Assembly: GCA_903911245.1 (NCBI GenBank)
Contig: CAIWCR010000017.1
Location: 1 to 52,345, forward strand
Length of the DNA stretch: 52,345 bases
Direction: 5' to 3'
DNA from: an uncultured Parcubacteria group bacterium
GTDB taxonomy: Bacteria > Patescibacteriota > Minisyncoccia > UBA6257 > 2-01-FULL-56-20
Shown: one piece after another, positions 48,045 through 52,345 of the stretch
How positions within the stretch are numbered: position 1 is the first letter of the stretch
Layout: every line of letters begins with the position of its first letter
The notes under the pieces: model-generated
What the model was told of the DNA's origin: nothing
The model's database searches: none
The model's input: the letters and a program-made list of their open reading frames with translations, nothing else
Made by a program: the position numbers and the translations under genes

Positions 48045-48587
48045 ATGTCGATAACACCAAGTAATGAAAAGCCCCGCGAGAAAATCACAACCAAGAAGCA
48101 GGTAGTGGCCGGCTTTGTGGTCTATCGAAAAACAAGTGACGGCATAAAATATTTACTTCTTTATAAGCGCGGTAATTATTGGAATTTTCCAAAAGGACAT
48201 TTTGAAGCAGGGGAACGAAGCATCGATGCTGCTCTCCGAGAACTTGAAGAAGAAACTGGCATCAAAAAGTCCGAACTGCGAATCGTTCCAAATTTCCGTG
48301 CTTATGAGCGATTTTATTTCCGCGTCGGCAATGAAGGCATTCATGATACCGTCATCCTTTTCCTCGCAGAAAGCCATAAGGCAGAAATAAAAATCGCTCC
48401 GCGCGAACATAGCGGTTTTGCATGGTTCCTCTACCGCGACGCATTGAATGTCGTTGGAAAAAAATATAAAGATACGCGAAAAGTGTTAAAACAAGCGAAC
48501 GATTTTCTGAATGCGCGGAGCGCCGCACGACACCGGGCGCCACATCCTCCAATTCCTGTTCCACCAAAGAAAAATCCCCTGCCATAA
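48045..48587 (+). CDS. NUDIX hydrolase (Ap4A-hydrolase-like)
   Basis: WNFPKGHFEAGERSIDAALRELEEETGI. Confidence 0.9.
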   Translation: MSITPSNEKPREKITTKKQVVAGFVVYRKTSDGIKYLLLYKRGNYWNFPKGHFEAGERSIDAALRELEEETGIKKSELRIVPNFRAYERFYFRVGNEGIHDTVILFLAESHKAEIKIAPREHSGFAWFLYRDALNVVGKKYKDTRKVLKQANDFLNARSAARHRAPHPPIPVPPKKNPLP

Positions 48588-48609
48588 GACAGGGGATTTT
48601 TCTTTCGTT

Positions 48610-48957
48610 CTATTTTTTTACAAACTCGACAACCTTTTTGAAGACCTCTGGTTCGTTTTCTGCAAGATCGGCAAGAATCTTCCGATCAATTATCACCTCT
48701 TTCTTTTTGAGTGCAGCAATGAACTTGCTGTAATTCATTCCTTCGGGTCGAATCGCGGCATTAATCTTTACATTCCATAGAGAACGGAAAGTGCGCTTCT
48801 TTTCTTTGCGCCCCTGAAACATGTGCGTCCACGCATGAAGCAATGCTTCTTTTGCTGCACGTTCTTTCGATTTGCGCCCCCACTTAAACCCCTTCGTACT
48901 CTTAAGGACGCTCCTTCGACGCTTATTCGCAATGGTACCGCGTTTAACTCGTGGCAT
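48610..48957 (-). CDS. rplT: 50S ribosomal protein L20
   Basis: MPRVKRG...FRSLW...INAA...DRKILADLA. Confidence 0.97.
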   Translation of the reverse strand: MPRVKRGTIANKRRRSVLKSTKGFKWGRKSKERAAKEALLHAWTHMFQGRKEKKRTFRSLWNVKINAAIRPEGMNYSKFIAALKKKEVIIDRKILADLAENEPEVFKKVVEFVKK

Positions 48958-48963
48958 AGTAGT

Positions 48964-49137
48964 TTAATAGCTTTTAAGTTTCTTCAACGGATAATCGAGT
49001 GATTGACTCTTTCTCAGTCCCTGGATAGCTCGTCCATTTTTTCGCGTTCGAAAATGGCTCGCGCCCATTCCGCGGCGGACCGCTTTTCCATTCTTCGTAA
49101 TTCGTATGCGTTTTGAAACGCTTTTTGCAATTGACAT
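48964..49137 (-). CDS. rpmI: 50S ribosomal protein L35
   Basis: KSVSKRIRITKNGK...H; directly upstream of rplT. Confidence 0.85.
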   Translation of the reverse strand: MSIAKSVSKRIRITKNGKAVRRGMGASHFRTRKNGRAIQGLRKSQSLDYPLKKLKSY

Positions 49138-49285
49138 AATTTTAGTTTGCCTATGAATACAAGAGGGAGTATATCGCAATGCCGCTTTATTTGCAAGCCC
49201 AATCTGAGTTTTTCAAAAGGTCTCATTTATACAAGCTCCGAGATGGAGCTTGTATAATATCGATTGCGAAATTTTGATAGCTAGT

Positions 49286-49954
49286 CTAATTTACCTTCTT
49301 AATGGTAGGCGGATTACCCTTCGGCACGCTCGATGACGCTTGCTGAGAAAGAAGTTGTGAAATCCCTCGCTGAACATTCTGGTCGCCTGGCCAATTGGCT
49401 AAGATCCTGCTTCCAATAGAGAGTGCATTTGGAACATCTCCTTTCATGCGATAAACATCGAAAAGCCCATAAAGCACCTGAGGACGATTAGGACCAAGCG
49501 CCACTCCTTGTTCATAGTATTTCTGCGATGCCACAAGATAGACTTTATCACCCGTTCTCGTATATGCCATTTCATTCATTACTCCCATAAGATAAACATC
49601 TTGCCCGAAGCTCATTCCCTTTCCTCTCGCAAGGATAGGATTGAAGTAACTCGTAACATAATCAACAAGTTTTGCGGTGGTGGTCGCATCGTTGCTGCGC
49701 TGAATAAAGCTAAGAACGCTATCTGCCATATTACGAACGATTTCCTCCTGTCCTATAGGAGAAGATGAATCGAGCGGAATCGAAAGCCTTGTCTGAAGAT
49801 CCAAAAGAGAAGAAACAGGGTTTGTCTGCATGCTCTGCAACGTTGCGATATAGGTCTGAGCTTTTCGCATCGGCGAATACGAGCCGTACCACGCAACAAA
49901 AAGAATGAAGATCGAAAGGAAAACGGCGATAATTTCTTTAAGAGTGCGATCCAT
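49286..49954 (-). CDS. Membrane-anchored TPR-like protein
   Basis: N-terminal TM segment; helical repeats (YYEQGVALGPNRPQVLYGL). Confidence 0.7.
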   Translation of the reverse strand: MDRTLKEIIAVFLSIFILFVAWYGSYSPMRKAQTYIATLQSMQTNPVSSLLDLQTRLSIPLDSSSPIGQEEIVRNMADSVLSFIQRSNDATTTAKLVDYVTSYFNPILARGKGMSFGQDVYLMGVMNEMAYTRTGDKVYLVASQKYYEQGVALGPNRPQVLYGLFDVYRMKGDVPNALSIGSRILANWPGDQNVQRGISQLLSQQASSSVPKGNPPTIKKVN

Positions 49955-49972
49955 GATTATATGAAATAAATA

Positions 49973-51439
49973 TTACGCTTGTTTTTTATCGGCAGAAAAA
50001 TAATATTGGGCAAAGGCAAGGAATAAGAAAAGGGAAAGATACATCGGCAGCACATCGAAAATCGCGACGCCCTGACCGAGGTATGCTACCGGAAGAGAAA
50101 GAATAATTCCACGCTCAAGATAGTGTTTAATATCTTTTGCGTTTCCGGCATTCCTCTTTCGGCTTCGGAAAAATTCATAATAAAAAATTACGAATATTGC
50201 GAGATAAGAAAGCAGGCCAACAATTCCGACTTCTGAGAGATAATCAAAGAAGACGCTGTGTGCGCGATCAAACCATGTCTCTGAAGATTGCCCCGGGTTA
50301 TAAAATTTCGGATTGAAGAATTTATCATAAACCGCAGTAAAGTTTTCTGAACCCCATCCCAAGGCCGGTCTCTCCAAAAAACCCTGCCACGCCTCGCCCC
50401 AAACCCAAAGACGAGTCTTTGCTGTTTGATCAGAAAGGCTCAGCTGTAAAAGTCTGCCCGGAGGCAAGCTCTGCACAAAGGCACTATCCTTAAAGTAGAA
50501 AGCGACACCGCCCAAGACGGCGAGCACCAGGAAGATACCAGCGGACCATTTTCTAATAGAAGTATTTTTCGAAAAAATGAGGTAGACAATCATAACCAAA
50601 ACACTCGCTCCAAGCCCGAGGAACGCGCCACGCGTCTGGCTTAAGATAAAGAAGAAAGCAAAGATTGTGATGAGGGTGCCATAAAAGAAGGCGCGGGCTT
50701 TCCCTTTTGTCCTCGAGAAACCATCTCTCGCAATCCAAAGATAGGCAGCATAAAACATAGCGAAAATAAGATAGGGCGCAACATAAGCCGGATTTCCCAA
50801 TGATCCCTGAAAACGACCATCAATAAGAGTGTGGAAAAAACCGGCAGGAGTGGTACCGCCGCTATAGGGACCAATAAATCCCTGGGCGCCGAAATTCCCA
50901 AACAGGCCGTAAATAATCATCATCCCCGTGGCGATAAGCGAAAATTTGAAAAGATTCCGCCACTCCTCTTCCTTCTTGAAGAAAAGAGAAAGCAAAACAA
51001 AAAAGATATAATAATGAATCGCCTGAAAAACCCCTTCGCCGCGCTCATAGTTTGACCAAAACGCAGCATGTGAATCATATGAAAAAAGCGCTGAGAGACA
51101 GAGAGTGGAAACAAAAACCGAAACCGCAATGAAAATTGGACTTTTTACCACTGACATTACCAACTTCTTTACTTCGCCATCCTTTGCCTCGAATGCCCAC
51201 CATAAGATGAACGATATGAGACCAAGCTCAACCGCAAATCTGAAAAACCAATCTTTTCCTCCTATAAAAGGAAAGAAGATGGAAGTCATCACTATTGTCA
51301 CGGCAAAGACAGCGGTATAGCAATACCACTTTGCAATTCTTGCGAGCGATTGGCCGCGCACCTTTGCAATGATGCCCAGCAATGGGAGTGCTGCAATTAC
51401 CATGAGCACAAACGGATGACTAAAAATAGTATCGGTCAT
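49973..51439 (-). CDS. O-antigen ligase family (Wzy_C) membrane protein
   Basis: SLGNP, SQTRGA, RLWVW...GWG, DRAHS. Confidence 0.88.
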   Translation of the reverse strand: MTDTIFSHPFVLMVIAALPLLGIIAKVRGQSLARIAKWYCYTAVFAVTIVMTSIFFPFIGGKDWFFRFAVELGLISFILWWAFEAKDGEVKKLVMSVVKSPIFIAVSVFVSTLCLSALFSYDSHAAFWSNYERGEGVFQAIHYYIFFVLLSLFFKKEEEWRNLFKFSLIATGMMIIYGLFGNFGAQGFIGPYSGGTTPAGFFHTLIDGRFQGSLGNPAYVAPYLIFAMFYAAYLWIARDGFSRTKGKARAFFYGTLITIFAFFFILSQTRGAFLGLGASVLVMIVYLIFSKNTSIRKWSAGIFLVLAVLGGVAFYFKDSAFVQSLPPGRLLQLSLSDQTAKTRLWVWGEAWQGFLERPALGWGSENFTAVYDKFFNPKFYNPGQSSETWFDRAHSVFFDYLSEVGIVGLLSYLAIFVIFYYEFFRSRKRNAGNAKDIKHYLERGIILSLPVAYLGQGVAIFDVLPMYLSLFLFLAFAQYYFSADKKQA

Positions 51440-51516
51440 TGAGTGAAATTATACATTAGTTTTTAAAACAAATCTACGCAATACAAACTCAGCTGCTTTA
51501 GGATACCAGAAACCTT

Positions 51517-52344
51517 TTATCTTGCATACTCCACAGCCCGCACCTCGCGAATGACGTTTACTTTTATGTCGCCGGGGTATTTCAATTCCGACTGAATTTT
51601 ATCGGCGACCTCTCGTGCAAGCTCAAGTGCTCGAAAATCATCGATCTTTTCAGGAGTGACAAAAATACGCAACTCGCGACCAGCTGAAATAGCATAGGCA
51701 CTCTTCACTCCCGGGAATCCCATAGCAATCTTTTCGAGATCGCCAAGACGCTTTATATAGTTTTCAATCGTGCCACGGCGAGCGCCAGGACGTGCCGCAG
51801 AAAGAACATCAGCGGCAGTAACAATATATGCTTCGGGGCGTGAATACGGATAGTCCTCATGATGCGACTGCATTGCTTCAACAACCGCCTCATTCACGTT
51901 ATATTTTTTGAGAATCTTTATTCCAAGCTCGACATGCGTTCCCTCAACCTCATGATCGATTGATTTTCCAATGTCATGTAAAAGCCCGCCGCGTTTCGCA
52001 ACGTCAGCATTCAATCCAAGCTCCCGCGCCATCATCTCGCTCAAATATGCCACCTCTATAGAGTGCATAAGGACGTTCTGCCCGAAGCTCGTTCTGAAAT
52101 TCAAGCGACCGATGAGCTGTAAAAGTTCTTTGGGAATGTCATAAATACCAAGATCTTGTGCGGCTGAGTCGCCAATCTCCTGCATGCGCTTCGTAAGCTC
52201 CCCCTTTGCTTCTTCAACCTTCTCTTCTATTTTGGCAGGCTGTATTCGTCCGTCTTTCATGAGTTTTTCGAGCGCAAGCCTGGCGACTTCGCGACGATAC
52301 GGATCAAATGACGAAATAATAACGCCATCCGGAGCTTCATCAAT
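51517..52344 (-). CDS. rny: Ribonuclease Y (5' truncated by window edge)
   Basis: SSFDPYRRE, RTSFGQNVL, LLHDIGK, ADVLSAARPGAR, AGRELR. Confidence 0.96.
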   Translation of the reverse strand: MDEAPDGVIISSFDPYRREVARLALEKLMKDGRIQPAKIEEKVEEAKGELTKRMQEIGDSAAQDLGIYDIPKELLQLIGRLNFRTSFGQNVLMHSIEVAYLSEMMARELGLNADVAKRGGLLHDIGKSIDHEVEGTHVELGIKILKKYNVNEAVVEAMQSHHEDYPYSRPEAYIVTAADVLSAARPGARRGTIENYIKRLGDLEKIAMGFPGVKSAYAISAGRELRIFVTPEKIDDFRALELAREVADKIQSELKYPGDIKVNVIREVRAVEYAR

Positions 52345-52345
52345 A

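Noticed and set aside
16397-51320. Numerous short antisense or alternative-frame ORFs within recognised genes
   Set aside because: Shadow ORFs with no motifs, overlapping well-supported CDSs.

Overview
Bacterial chromosomal segment, most likely from a Patescibacteria/CPR (Parcubacteria-like) genome. This is inferred from the tandem VirB2/TrbC-like pilins, short rpsA, free-standing LAGLIDADG gene beside a tRNA, TrmB regulator and many apparently leaderless genes. Layout: partial Xer-family recombinase (1-556); an accessory, RNA-structure-rich leftward operon (about 758-5472); TrmB, a large GNAT-tailed protein and an SPFH pair; tRNA-Leu with a duplicated 3' end; a pilin cluster; gyrA; rpsA; LAGLIDADG plus tRNA-Phe; a thiol-redox cluster; a ~21 kb glycan locus with heptose biosynthesis and three FkbM methyltransferases; FKBP; NUDIX; rplT/rpmI; an O-antigen-ligase family gene; partial rny. 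The most notable result is the 758-5472 locus. It has a consensus sigma70 promoter, a ~720-nt hairpin-rich leader with four GAGGAGAG repeats and a boxA-like site, four uncharacterised ORFs led by a permuted DHH-like protein, and a ~300-nt structured spacer holding a complete type III hammerhead ribozyme with a loop-loop pseudoknot. A small membrane protein gene and a 131-nt rod hairpin carrying the reverse complement of the leader repeat close the locus. All calls were made by eye; no searches or folding programs were run.
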